Positions 9,591 through 18,776 are shown, counted from the stretch's first letter. The stretch: 64,000 nt of DNA from Deltaproteobacteria bacterium (GCA_021817345.1 JAKAVC010000099.1:18338-82337), one strand, 5' to 3'. Notes: generated by a model not told the origin, from the letters alone. Numbers and translations: made by a program.

Positions 9591-10696
9591 AGCATCCGCT
9601 TGACCTGGATGGGCGCCGGCTCATGATCTGCCTCGGACCCGGCGGCGTCGGCAAAACCACGCTATGCGCGGCGCTTTCGGTGTACGCCGCGGCCGCTGGA
9701 AACGCGGTTGACGTGATGACGGTCGATCCGGCGCCGCGCCTGCTCGACGCGCTCGGCCTCGACCCGGCGCGCGCCGATCTGCAGGAAGTCCCGCTCGACA
9801 GAGTCGTCCCGGAAACCCCCGCGCGCGGCCGGGCGAATGCGCGGCTTCGCGCGCTCCGGCTCGATCCCAAGCATACTTTCGACACGCTGGTGCGCCGCCA
9901 TGCGCCCAGCGCTTCGGCGCGCGACGCGATCCTGGACAACCGCATCTATCAGAACCTGTCGAGCGCGCTCTCCGGCGTGGGCGAATACATGGCGATGGAG
10001 AAGCTTCTCGATCTCGTCGCCGAGCGCACCACTGATCTGGTCGTGATCGACACGCCGCCCGCCGCCCAGGCGCTGGATTTCCTGGACGCGCCGCGCCGGC
10101 TTCTCGACCTGCTCAACTCGCGCGCGCTCTCGCTGCTCGCAAGCCCGCGCGGCCTGATGCGCGGAGGTCTCAGGATGTTCGACATGGCGGCGCGCGCGGT
10201 GCTGAGCGCCTTCGATCGGGTCACCGGACTTCATCTGCTCGCCGACGTGCAGTCGTTCGTCACCAGTTTCGAGGGAATGTACGCGGGATTCGCCGAACGC
10301 GCTGAAATCGCCGGGCAATTGCTGCGCGCGCCGGAAACGATGGTGGTGCTGGTCACGGCGCCCGAGTCGGAGCGCCTGGAGCAGACGCGGGAATTCGCTC
10401 GCGCCCTTGCGGAGTCGGGACTCGGAGTTGACGCGCTGGTGGTGAATCGCGTGATGCCGCGAATGCCGAAGGCTGCGGAAATCGAGAGCGCCCGGATTCC
10501 GGCCGCTCTAAAGCGCAAGCTCGCGCGCAATCTCAAGGATTTCTCGGCGCTCAAGGCACGCGAGGAGCGCGCGCTTGCGAAACTGAAGACCGATCTCCCG
10601 GCGGATGTGCGTATAATGGTCGCGCCGGATCTCGGGCGCGAGCCGCGCTCGCTGGCGGATCTCCTTGAGATTGCCCGTCGGCTCGAAACGCGCTGA
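9587..10696 (+). CDS. ArsA/Get3-family P-loop ATPase (half-size), canonical P-loop
   Basis: LMICLGPGGVGKTTLCAALS, DTPPAAQALDFLDAP and VVLVTAPESERLEQTRE are ArsA signature blocks. It is 369 aa. Confidence 0.8.
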   Translation: MKHPLDLDGRRLMICLGPGGVGKTTLCAALSVYAAAAGNAVDVMTVDPAPRLLDALGLDPARADLQEVPLDRVVPETPARGRANARLRALRLDPKHTFDTLVRRHAPSASARDAILDNRIYQNLSSALSGVGEYMAMEKLLDLVAERTTDLVVIDTPPAAQALDFLDAPRRLLDLLNSRALSLLASPRGLMRGGLRMFDMAARAVLSAFDRVTGLHLLADVQSFVTSFEGMYAGFAERAEIAGQLLRAPETMVVLVTAPESERLEQTREFARALAESGLGVDALVVNRVMPRMPKAAEIESARIPAALKRKLARNLKDFSALKAREERALAKLKTDLPADVRIMVAPDLGREPRSLADLLEIARRLETR

Positions 10697-10701
10697 CGGG
10701 G

Positions 10702-11064
10702 CTACTGCGTGCCGCCCGCGCCGCGCCGTCGCGCCCCGGCCTTCGGCGCGGGCTTCGTCTTGGGCGCTTCCCTGGCGATGAGCCGGTCCACCTTGATGCT
10801 AAGGTTGAGGAGCTGGCTGCTCAGATGGTCGATTCGAGCCTTGAGTTCGCGAACGTCCTTCTTGGACGGGATATTGACGAAGTCGAGCACGGTCTCGACA
10901 TTGCGATCGAAGCTGCGCTTGTTTTCCATGAAGCGCTCGCCCGCACGGGCCATCCCCTTGCGCAGGCGTTCGTTGCTCATGACCTCGTTGAAGAAGCTCG
11001 AAATCCCCTCTTCGCTCATCTGCCTGAGTTTGGAAACCAGGCTGCCCGCGTCGCGTCTTGCCAT
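10702..11064 (-). CDS. Phasin / PHA granule-associated protein family (TIGR01837-like) with basic Ala/Lys/Pro tail
   Basis: NVETVLDFVNIPSKKDVRELKARIDHLSSQL matches the phasin family core. The C-terminal tail KTKPAPKAGARRRG resembles the histone-like tail of PhaF-type proteins. Confidence 0.6.
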   Translation of the reverse strand: MARRDAGSLVSKLRQMSEEGISSFFNEVMSNERLRKGMARAGERFMENKRSFDRNVETVLDFVNIPSKKDVRELKARIDHLSSQLLNLSIKVDRLIAREAPKTKPAPKAGARRRGAGGTQ

Positions 11065-11099
11065 GGTTCAAACTATATATATTTGACGCCGCTGAGACC

Positions 11100-11390
11100 A
11101 TGAACACGATGGCAACCGTGCTGGGCTTCATGTCGGGTTTCGCCCTGATGGGGTATCATCAGGGGCCGCTCGACCTGATCGCGACTTCGCTCGCAATCGA
11201 CGCGACGCTGGCGCCCTTGACCGCGATCATCGCCTCACGCCACGGCCGCAGCACGGCGCTGTGGGCCATACTCGGCTTTGCCTTTGGAATGTGGGCGCTT
11301 GCCGTCATCCTTATCGCGACGCGCCGCTCCGAACCGCCCTACCCTCCACCGTCGCCGCATCGCTCGTCGCCGCCTTCCGATGCCGCCTGA
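11100..11390 (+). CDS. Hypothetical small membrane protein (2-3 TM)
   Basis: MNTMATVLGFMSGFALMGY...ALWAILGFAFGMWALAVILIA has a hydrophobic profile and a Pro-rich tail. Its 3' end overlaps the converging hydrolase gene by about 80 nt, so it is uncertain. Confidence 0.3.
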   Translation: MNTMATVLGFMSGFALMGYHQGPLDLIATSLAIDATLAPLTAIIASRHGRSTALWAILGFAFGMWALAVILIATRRSEPPYPPPSPHRSSPPSDAA

Positions 11391-12510
11391 GCCATCTGAG
11401 CGCGGGCGCATACACCCTGGCTTCGGCTTTCGTTCCGCTTAGCACGTCCAGATGACCCCATCCGGGAAGATTCGTGACGGTTACGTCGCGGCTTGCGGTC
11501 GAATGCGCCGACTCCGCCACCATCGCGGGCCATCCCGGCGCTATATTGCTGCTGCTGAAGGCGATTACCGGGATCTTCGACGCGTGGAGCCGGGCGAGCC
11601 GCGCGGGGGTGAACGGGTTTTCGGTATCCTGCACGGCCGGCCAGTAGCGATCGTAGGTCGCAAGCACCCGCGCAAGCACCTCCACGTTGGAGAATCCGCC
11701 CTGGGGATTGGCAAGACCGCCGTGCCCGCCGAAACCGGCCGAATGGTACAACACGAATTCCAGGTTCTCCCGCGCGGTCTTGAATTTCGCCAGCGGCGCG
11801 GGTCCGTCGGGATCCTTGATTACGCGCTCAAGAAGCGCCTTTCGCTTCTCCCAGGTAAGATGGCGTCCGCCAAGGTCGTCGGCGTACCGCTCAGGCGCCG
11901 GACGCGAGGGTCGGCGTGGGATGAATCCGTCGAGCGCGATTAGCCCCTCGACGCGCTCCGGGTATATCGACGCGTAGAGATACTCGAACTCGACGCCACG
12001 GCTGAATCCCGCAACGAAGATCTTCGCCTGCCCGGTTTCCCGCCGGATAAAATTCGCCGCCGCCGCGATATCCGAGACGAAGAGTTCGCTCGTCCATCCC
12101 CGAAGCTCCGCGAGCTGCGCCATCGGCGTCCCGGGCGGGATGAAGTGAGTGCGATAGTCCATCGTCCATACGTCCACGCCGTTCGCCGCCAGATACAGCG
12201 GGAACGAGTAGCGCGGGTCGTCGGGCGCAACCTCGCCGTTCATGTTGGTGCCGGGAAGAAAGAGCACCACGATTGCCGGATGACGCGGCGCGGCCGCGCC
12301 ATGATAGAGATGATGAAGCCCGATTCGGTCGAATTGCGACGGTCCGCGTGTCGCAACGAAATACGTTTCGCGGACATCGGGCGCCTTCGCAAACGTTCGC
12401 GGCCTGCCTACCTCCGAAAATCCCGACGCCCACGCGGGTACGGCCCAAAGCGCCGCCACAATCGCAAGCGCGCTCAATCGTGCCACGAGGGAAATGTCTT
12501 TGCGCCACAT
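11311..12510 (-). CDS. Secreted alpha/beta-hydrolase (lipase/esterase-like, GFSRG nucleophile elbow)
   Basis: A signal peptide MWRKDISLVARLSALAIVAALWAVPAWASG is present. The GxSxG motif appears in FVAGFSRGVEF. Confidence 0.7.
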   Translation of the reverse strand: MWRKDISLVARLSALAIVAALWAVPAWASGFSEVGRPRTFAKAPDVRETYFVATRGPSQFDRIGLHHLYHGAAAPRHPAIVVLFLPGTNMNGEVAPDDPRYSFPLYLAANGVDVWTMDYRTHFIPPGTPMAQLAELRGWTSELFVSDIAAAANFIRRETGQAKIFVAGFSRGVEFEYLYASIYPERVEGLIALDGFIPRRPSRPAPERYADDLGGRHLTWEKRKALLERVIKDPDGPAPLAKFKTARENLEFVLYHSAGFGGHGGLANPQGGFSNVEVLARVLATYDRYWPAVQDTENPFTPARLARLHASKIPVIAFSSSNIAPGWPAMVAESAHSTASRDVTVTNLPGWGHLDVLSGTKAEARVYAPALRWLRRHRKAATSDAATVEGRAVRSGASR

Positions 12511-12692
12511 GAGTCAGTATTACCCCGTTGAGGAGCGCGACACCTTCGCCGCGCGCGCGGATTCTCCGCCGCAGGCGGGCGCGCAACCTATATATCATGT
12601 CCCGGCCGGGCACGTATCGGCGGTTGACCATGCCGCTTGCGCCGTGCGAAACAGTTTCTTTCGGACCTCATCCGCAAAACGGGAGACTACCG

Positions 12693-13613
12693 ATGAGCTC
12701 GAAGGTTGAATTTGCCGTGTTTTCCCCGCAGGTCGGACTTCCCGCCAAGGCGTTGCTCGATCGCGCAAGCCTGTGCGAGAAGCTCGGATACCATTCGTTC
12801 TGGCTCGTGGACCATTTCTTTCAGCGCGGGATGACCGACATCGATTGCCTCGAGGCGCTCACCATGATGAGTGCAATCGCGGCGCGCACGGAAAAAATCC
12901 GCATCGGAACCCTGGTGCTCTGCAACTCCTACCGAAACCCCGCGCTCCTCGCCAAATCGCTCACGACTATCGACCAGATAAGCGGCGGAAGGCTCGAGGT
13001 CGGGATGGGCGCCGGGTGGATGGACGAGGAGTATCGCGCCTACGGTTATGAGTTTCCCGCGATGGGCGTTCGGCTGAAGCAGCTCGAAGAGGGCCTTCAA
13101 ATCCTCAAGCTGATGTTCACCGAGAGGCGCGCCTCCTTCAAAGGCCGCTACTATTCGATCGACGATGCGCCGAACAATCCCAAGCCCGTCCAGAAGCCCC
13201 ATCCTCCCATCACGATCGGCGGCAGCGGCGAGAAGGTGATGCTCCGCCTGGTCGCGAAATACGCCGACCGCTGGAACTGCCCCGCCGGCTACGACAACTT
13301 CGGGCGCAAGTACAATGTCCTCAAGGAACACTGCAAGGCGATCGGCCGCAATCCGTCGGAAATCAACGTCTCCGAGCAGCTCCTGGTATGTATCGGCAGG
13401 ACCGAGTCCGAAGTCGAACAGAAATGGAAAATGGCGGAGCGCCTGAAGCCGTTTTCAATCACCGGCATCAAGGGCACGCCGACCCAGCTCGTCGAGCAGC
13501 TACGCAAACGCGTCGCGATGGGGATCACGTTCTTCACCATCTTCTTCAGCGACTTCGCTCCGCCCGACACCCTGCAACTGTTCGCAAACGAGGTCGCATC
13601 CGCGTTCAAGTAA
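12693..13613 (+). CDS. LLM-class (luciferase-like) flavin/F420-dependent oxidoreductase
   Basis: KLGYHSFWLVDHF, LDQISGGRLEVGMGAGW and GITFFTIFF are present. The start was taken at ATG 12693 (MSSKVEFAVF) with GGGAGA upstream; the track ORF begins earlier at 12528. Confidence 0.8.
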   Translation: MSSKVEFAVFSPQVGLPAKALLDRASLCEKLGYHSFWLVDHFFQRGMTDIDCLEALTMMSAIAARTEKIRIGTLVLCNSYRNPALLAKSLTTIDQISGGRLEVGMGAGWMDEEYRAYGYEFPAMGVRLKQLEEGLQILKLMFTERRASFKGRYYSIDDAPNNPKPVQKPHPPITIGGSGEKVMLRLVAKYADRWNCPAGYDNFGRKYNVLKEHCKAIGRNPSEINVSEQLLVCIGRTESEVEQKWKMAERLKPFSITGIKGTPTQLVEQLRKRVAMGITFFTIFFSDFAPPDTLQLFANEVASAFK

Positions 13614-13635
13614 CAGACCGAAGAGCGCCGTCACG

Positions 13636-14355
13636 ATGCACTCGCGAATCGGCACAGGACTGCTTTTCATATTCGCGGCGATTCTCGCCGTGACGCTCGG
13701 AGCCTGTTCGAATGCGGCGCATTTCACGACCGAGCTCGACGCGCCCGGCAGTCTCGCGCCCGGAAACGCGGTGACCTATCAGGGCGCCCAAATCGGCCAG
13801 GTAACCAGCCTCAGCCCCGCTCCGCTCGGCGGTTCGGAAGTCGATTTCGAGGTGCGGCAGGCGAACGCCGACGACGTGCATCGGGATTCGCTCGTCGTGC
13901 TGCAGAGCGGCGGCGACTCGGCGTGGCTGGAGCTTCGCAACCCGAACGCCTACAGCCCGGCCGCCCAGCCTGGCTCGCGAATCCAGGGCGCGGACTCGGA
14001 AGCACAGGCGCGCATGATTCTCGCGAGCCGCGGCCTGGGCGCGACGCTCGGTGGACTCGCGCAATTCCTGGGCTCCGCGCCTTCGGGCGCATCCCCGCTC
14101 AACGCGCTCACCCGCGAGCTGGCCGCGATGCAACAAAACCTGGCCGCAAACGCCTCCGTGAATCAGGCCGTCGCGCGCGCGCAACTCGACCGCCTGGTCG
14201 CCCAGGGCCAGGCGCTCGAACAGGAGCTTATCCGCCAGGGCCACACCGCCGAGGCGCGGCGCCTGCGCCGCCAGGTCGAAGGGTTGATACGCTCGTTTTC
14301 TCCGCCGCCGCCGAGTTCATCAGGCACGCTGGTTACGCCGAAGGTCTATCATTGA
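13636..14355 (+). CDS. MCE/MlaD-like lipoprotein with coiled-coil tail (putative)
   Basis: A signal peptide plus lipobox (LAVTLGAC) is present. GNAVTYQGAQIGQVTSL resembles the MlaD/MCE core and the C-terminal half is coiled-coil. Confidence 0.4.
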   Translation: MHSRIGTGLLFIFAAILAVTLGACSNAAHFTTELDAPGSLAPGNAVTYQGAQIGQVTSLSPAPLGGSEVDFEVRQANADDVHRDSLVVLQSGGDSAWLELRNPNAYSPAAQPGSRIQGADSEAQARMILASRGLGATLGGLAQFLGSAPSGASPLNALTRELAAMQQNLAANASVNQAVARAQLDRLVAQGQALEQELIRQGHTAEARRLRRQVEGLIRSFSPPPPSSSGTLVTPKVYH

Positions 14356-14371
14356 CGCCGCCGGAGCGACG

Positions 14372-15376
14372 ATGGATACACGAAGACTCACCGACTACCT
14401 GAGGCGCAAGATGCCCCAAGCGCGTGAGCTTGGCGTGACCGATCTCAAGCGCATCTCGGGCGGTTCCTCGCGCGAGACCTACTCTTTCGACCTCGAATGG
14501 AGCGAAGACGGCGAGCGCCATTCCCGCCCGCTCATCGGACGGCGCGATCCGACCGGCGGCCTGCTCAAGACCGAGCGCGAGCGCGAGTTCCGCGTACTGG
14601 ACGCGATGTTCCGCGCGGGTATCAAGGTGCCGGAACCGCTTTTCCTGGAGCTCGATCCGTCGGTGATGGACCGCCCTTTCTTCATCATGCATCGCGCCTC
14701 GGGCCGGGTCTCGATGGGCGCGTTTCCCGCCGAGGAGCCGGCTGAGCTGCGCCAGCGCGTCGCCGACGATTTTCTCAACGAACTCATCCGTATCCAATCG
14801 CTCGACTGGCGCGCGCTCGGCCTTGACTTCCTCGGCGTTCCCGAGAACCTCGACGCGCCGGCGCGCATCCAGGCCGCGCACTGGTCGGAAATTTACGAAC
14901 GCGACCGGATGGGCGAGCATTACCCGGTTCTCGACGCCGCCTTCGCATGGCTCAAGGCGAATCCCGTAGTCGCCGACCGCATAACCGTTGTCCACGGCGA
15001 CTACCGCTCGGGCAACTACCTCTACGACGAGAGCGGAATCGTCGCGATGCTCGATTGGGAGATGACCCATCTGGGCGACCCGATGGAGGATCTCGGATGG
15101 GCCTCGATGCTGTTCTGGGGGCGCGGCGAACTCGCCGCCGGCCTGATGGAGCGCGAGGCGTTCTATCGTCTTTACGAAGAGAAGAGCGCGACGCGAATCG
15201 ATCGCAGGCGGCTGTTCTTCTATCAGGTGCTCGGCAACGCGAAGATGGCGGTAATCTGCCTGACCGGAATGTGCGACTTCACGCAGGGGCGAACGTCGGA
15301 CGCGGTGATGCCGTTCCTGCAGGTGCTCCTGCCCGCGCTGCTCGAAGACCTCGCAAACCAGCTCGAACTCGTTTGA
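14372..15376 (+). CDS. Phosphotransferase enzyme family (APH/choline-kinase-like) protein
   Basis: VVHGDYRSGNYLY and LDWEMTHLGDPMEDLGW give the Brenner motif and DxxxxN-type catalytic loop of APH-family kinases. Confidence 0.75.
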   Translation: MDTRRLTDYLRRKMPQARELGVTDLKRISGGSSRETYSFDLEWSEDGERHSRPLIGRRDPTGGLLKTEREREFRVLDAMFRAGIKVPEPLFLELDPSVMDRPFFIMHRASGRVSMGAFPAEEPAELRQRVADDFLNELIRIQSLDWRALGLDFLGVPENLDAPARIQAAHWSEIYERDRMGEHYPVLDAAFAWLKANPVVADRITVVHGDYRSGNYLYDESGIVAMLDWEMTHLGDPMEDLGWASMLFWGRGELAAGLMEREAFYRLYEEKSATRIDRRRLFFYQVLGNAKMAVICLTGMCDFTQGRTSDAVMPFLQVLLPALLEDLANQLELV

Positions 15377-15392
15377 GGGTGGGAGGCTTCAG

Positions 15393-15845
15393 ATGCTCAG
15401 GCCAACGCTCAAGGAAATGCTCGCCGGGATGCAGCGGACCATCCTCGAATCGCTTCTGCCCGAACTAAGCTCGCCCTACGCGCAGTATCAGGCAACCACG
15501 ACCGTCGGGATGCTCACGTTTCTCACCAACTGGCTCGACGCGCTTCCCGCCTATGACGCCGGCGAGATCGCCGATCTCAGGGAAACGTTCAACTCCCTGC
15601 ACGCGCTAATCGACAGCCAGGAACTCAAGGGCGCGGGTCTCGCCGAGACGGCGAAACGCGCATTCGCCGCCGCCAATTTCACTCCGCCGGACCGCCGCGC
15701 GATGGAGTCGGCGATGGGCGAGATGGCGGCCGCGCTCGTGCTGAAGCGACTTGCCGGACCGGGCGCGGAGATTGTCCGCGGCTACATGCGGCGGCATCTG
15801 GAACGGATGCGCACGCTCGGCGGCGGCATGATTCCCGGCGCCTGA
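15393..15845 (+). CDS. Hypothetical protein (150 aa) co-oriented downstream of the APH-family kinase
   Basis: The ORF MLRPTLKEMLAGMQRTILESLLPEL... has an RBS GGGAGG at 15378-15383. I recognise no domain in it. Confidence 0.4.
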   Translation: MLRPTLKEMLAGMQRTILESLLPELSSPYAQYQATTTVGMLTFLTNWLDALPAYDAGEIADLRETFNSLHALIDSQELKGAGLAETAKRAFAAANFTPPDRRAMESAMGEMAAALVLKRLAGPGAEIVRGYMRRHLERMRTLGGGMIPGA

Positions 15846-15886
15846 CGCGCGACTGAGGGGTCGCCGCAAATGCGAAGGCATCTCTG

Positions 15887-16729
15887 ATGGGCAAGCTCGA
15901 CGGCAAAGTCGCAATCGTAACCGGCGCAAGCCGCGGTATCGGCGAGGCGATCGCCCGGATGTTCGCAAAGGAGGGCGCGCGCGTCGTGTGCGCCGCCCGC
16001 ACGATGAGCGAAGGCGGGCATCCGTTCCCCGGCTCCCTTGAAAACACGGTCGCCGAGATAAAACGCGAAGGCGGCGAAGCGGTCGCACTCGCGTGCGACG
16101 TCTCCTCGGAGGAAAGCTGCGAGCGCCTGGTCGCCGAGACGCGGCGCATCTACGGGCCGTGCGACGTTCTCGTGAACAACGCCGTGCTGAGCTACCCCGG
16201 CAGGATACAGGAACTCCCGGTCAAGCGATGGGTTCGCTCGTTCGCGGTCAACGTTCACGGCCCCTTCATGATGAGCCGGATGGTCCTCGCCGACATGACT
16301 TCGCGGCGCTCGGGCGCGATCATCAATCTTTCATCATGGATCGCGATCGGCCCGGGGCGTGGTCCTTATCGCCGTCCGGGGCGAGGCGGCACGCCCTATG
16401 GTGCGCAAAAAGCGGCGCTCGAGCGTTTCACCCAGGGCCTGGCCGAAGAAGTTTACCAGCATGGAGTTTCGGTAACCTGCGTGTCTCCCTCGCAGGTGAT
16501 CGCAACTCCGGGCACCGTCTTCCACGGCCTGGTCAAGGAAGGCTCGACGCGGGATACCGAACCGGTAGAATATTTGGCGCGGGCCGTCTTGCTTCTCGCC
16601 ACCGAGCCTCTCGACAAAGTCACCGGGCGTGTCACCTACAGCCAGCAGCTACTCAAGGAATACGGGCTTATCGACGACGCGCGCGGCTACGGCGTGGACC
16701 TTCCCGGCAGCGGCTACAGCATGATCTAG
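15887..16729 (+). CDS. SDR-family NAD(P)-dependent oxidoreductase
   Basis: VAIVTGASRGIGEAIA is a TGxxxGxG Rossmann motif. NNAV, S...Y..xK pattern. Confidence 0.85.
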   Translation: MGKLDGKVAIVTGASRGIGEAIARMFAKEGARVVCAARTMSEGGHPFPGSLENTVAEIKREGGEAVALACDVSSEESCERLVAETRRIYGPCDVLVNNAVLSYPGRIQELPVKRWVRSFAVNVHGPFMMSRMVLADMTSRRSGAIINLSSWIAIGPGRGPYRRPGRGGTPYGAQKAALERFTQGLAEEVYQHGVSVTCVSPSQVIATPGTVFHGLVKEGSTRDTEPVEYLARAVLLLATEPLDKVTGRVTYSQQLLKEYGLIDDARGYGVDLPGSGYSMI

Positions 16730-16771
16730 TACGCGCCCCCATTAATAATTTTACAGCGAACGCCGGTGGCA

Positions 16772-16859
16772 TGAGATTCTTCGCTTCGGCAGCCTTCGCT
16801 CAGAATGACCAACAACCGTGCGCGCGCCTGTCATTCTGAGCGAAGCGAAGAATCTCATT
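16772..16859. repeat. Palindromic repeat element (REP/MITE-like) between convergent genes
   Basis: ATGAGATTCTTCGCTTCG...GCTCAGAATGAC at 16772-16809 is the reverse complement of GTCATTCTGAGCGAAGCGAAGAATCTCAT at 16831-16859, with a 9-nt bulge and a 21-nt loop. The unit is flanked by direct copies of TAGTACGCGCC at 16727 and 16909. The GTCATTCTGAGCGAAGCGAAG core is, as far as I recall, a widespread dispersed repeat often mis-called as an ORF of the ...SERSEES.. / ..ILSEAK.. type. Confidence 0.5.
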
Positions 16860-16978
16860 CCACCGAGCGACATCCCATCAACTTATCTGCCGGACACCAC
16901 ACTATTATAGTACGCGCCGCGCGCTCTTTGCGGCTCGCGCTCGGCTCCTTCGCGACACCGCTCGCGCCGGCCGATTCC

Positions 16979-17692
16979 CTACGCGGGCGCGGAGGTTGCG
17001 ATATAAAGCCCGCGGCCCATCAGGCCGTCCTCGTCGTGCAAAACCTCCAGTCCCGCCGCCGAGAACGCTTGAAGGTAGTCTTCATGGGAAAACAGCCCGC
17101 CCTCGTGACGCTCGGTGAAATATTCGATCCCGTCCGGCGTGCCCACCATCATGTGAAACTTGATTGACCAGAGTCCGTTGCGCGTCCGAGGAATCGTCAT
17201 CCGCGCAATCTTGAGCTCGGGCCGGTTGACGTAGAGCGCGTCCACGCCGCCTGGGTGGAAAGTTTCCGGGCCGAAGAACGGCTCGACTATCAGCACTCCG
17301 CCGGGCGCAAGATGGCGGCTCATGTTCAGGATCGCCGCGCCGAGCCGCCGGCGCGTCTTCATGTAGGCAATCGCGCTGAACAGGCATACGACGGCGTCGA
17401 ACCTGCGCCCGAGCGCGAATTTCGCCGTGTCGCCGCGATGGAAGACGATTTCCGGATGGCGAGTGCGCGCGACCGAGAGCATCTCCTCGCTAAGGTCCAC
17501 ACCCTCGACCGCATAGTATTTTTTAAGGAACGAGATATGCCCGCCGGTGCCGCAGGCAACGTCGAGAAGCGCGTTGCCCGCCGACTTCTTGTGCGCCGAG
17601 ACGAGCGCGTGGACGGTCTCGGCTTCGCGCTCGTAATTCTTGAAACTGTAGAGCGCGTCGTAAATCCTGGCGAATTTTTTGTAGTGCGGCAT
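16979..17692 (-). CDS. Class I SAM-dependent methyltransferase
   Basis: LLDVACGTGGHISFL (motif I) and AVVCLFSAIAYM are present. Confidence 0.8.
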   Translation of the reverse strand: MPHYKKFARIYDALYSFKNYEREAETVHALVSAHKKSAGNALLDVACGTGGHISFLKKYYAVEGVDLSEEMLSVARTRHPEIVFHRGDTAKFALGRRFDAVVCLFSAIAYMKTRRRLGAAILNMSRHLAPGGVLIVEPFFGPETFHPGGVDALYVNRPELKIARMTIPRTRNGLWSIKFHMMVGTPDGIEYFTERHEGGLFSHEDYLQAFSAAGLEVLHDEDGLMGRGLYIATSAPA

Positions 17693-17740
17693 TCGTGAAC
17701 CGGGCGGCTGCGCGAACCGCTCGCCCGGCCGATCTCGCGC

Positions 17741-18595
17741 TTACGCTGCGATTCCCCAATCGAGCGCATTGCGAAGGAGCCGCGCGAACGCCTCGGTCTC
17801 CCACGATCCGCGAAACACAAGCGGCGTCACGCCCGCCGGATCGACGCTCGTGTCCACAAACGGCTGCACGTTCGAGTCCGGCGAATGGCAGTGCCCGAGC
17901 GCGATGTACGCAACGGCTCCCGCGCCGACCTTGCGGGTGAATCCGAGCGCGCGGGTCTTCCCGTCCGGCAGAAGCGACGTGTCGCGCTCGTAAACGAAGC
18001 CGAACCCCGGCGCGGGATCCGTCGCGAGTTCGGTTGTCAGGAAAATCTCCGTGTGCGCGGGATCGAGCAGTTCAAGCATGTAAAGCTCGTCGCTCGTCTC
18101 GAACGAAGCCGGCAGGCCCGCGGCGAGCGGATGCTCCGCGTTCACGTCCACGCGGAATTTTCTGACCGGCGGATGATTGAGAAAGAAGCATCCGAGCGTT
18201 TCATGATGGCCCATCTTTACCATCCTGCGCGCGCGCCGCGATTCGCCGACCGGAGCCGCTTTGCCGCCGCTCGTGCCGTGAAGCGCGAGCCATCTTCCGC
18301 CCGCCGTCAGCCATCCGCGCAGCGCCGCGTTCTCCTCGTCGCTGGGATAGGGCCCGGCCACGTAAGTGATAAGCAGGCGCGCCCGCTCCAGCCATCGCGT
18401 GAGATCGCGGAAGTCGTTCGATACCGTGACGCGCGCGCGCCCCGTCTCGTGCAGCGCTTCGAGGAGTCGAAGCCGCGCGTAATCCATGTCGTGGCCGGCG
18501 GGCTCTCCAGGCGGAAACCCGCCCACGATCAGATGAACGCGGACTGGCTTATCGTTGCTCACTGCGGCAACCTCCCTCAACCGGCGCTCCGGCAC
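17741..18595 (-). CDS. ThuA-like (class-I glutamine-amidotransferase-like) domain protein, putative
   Basis: VRVHLIVGGFPPGEPAGHD...LITYVAGPYP...WLALHGTSGG follows a ThuA/DJ-1-like layout. Assignment is by pattern only. Confidence 0.45.
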   Translation of the reverse strand: MPERRLREVAAVSNDKPVRVHLIVGGFPPGEPAGHDMDYARLRLLEALHETGRARVTVSNDFRDLTRWLERARLLITYVAGPYPSDEENAALRGWLTAGGRWLALHGTSGGKAAPVGESRRARRMVKMGHHETLGCFFLNHPPVRKFRVDVNAEHPLAAGLPASFETSDELYMLELLDPAHTEIFLTTELATDPAPGFGFVYERDTSLLPDGKTRALGFTRKVGAGAVAYIALGHCHSPDSNVQPFVDTSVDPAGVTPLVFRGSWETEAFARLLRNALDWGIAA

Positions 18596-18776
18596 TTATT
18601 ACGTCTGTTAAGGCTGCGCGAGTTTTATCAAATCGCCGGTCCACTTGAAAAATTGAAATTCCGCCGCGGGCGCCGCGTACGATTTCGTCCCTCCGCCTCT
18701 GCGCGCCCGTGCTTGACAGTTCCGCGGGCGCGGCGGTACGTGGATTGCTGAATCCAGGGGCAAGGGGGTCCGTTAC

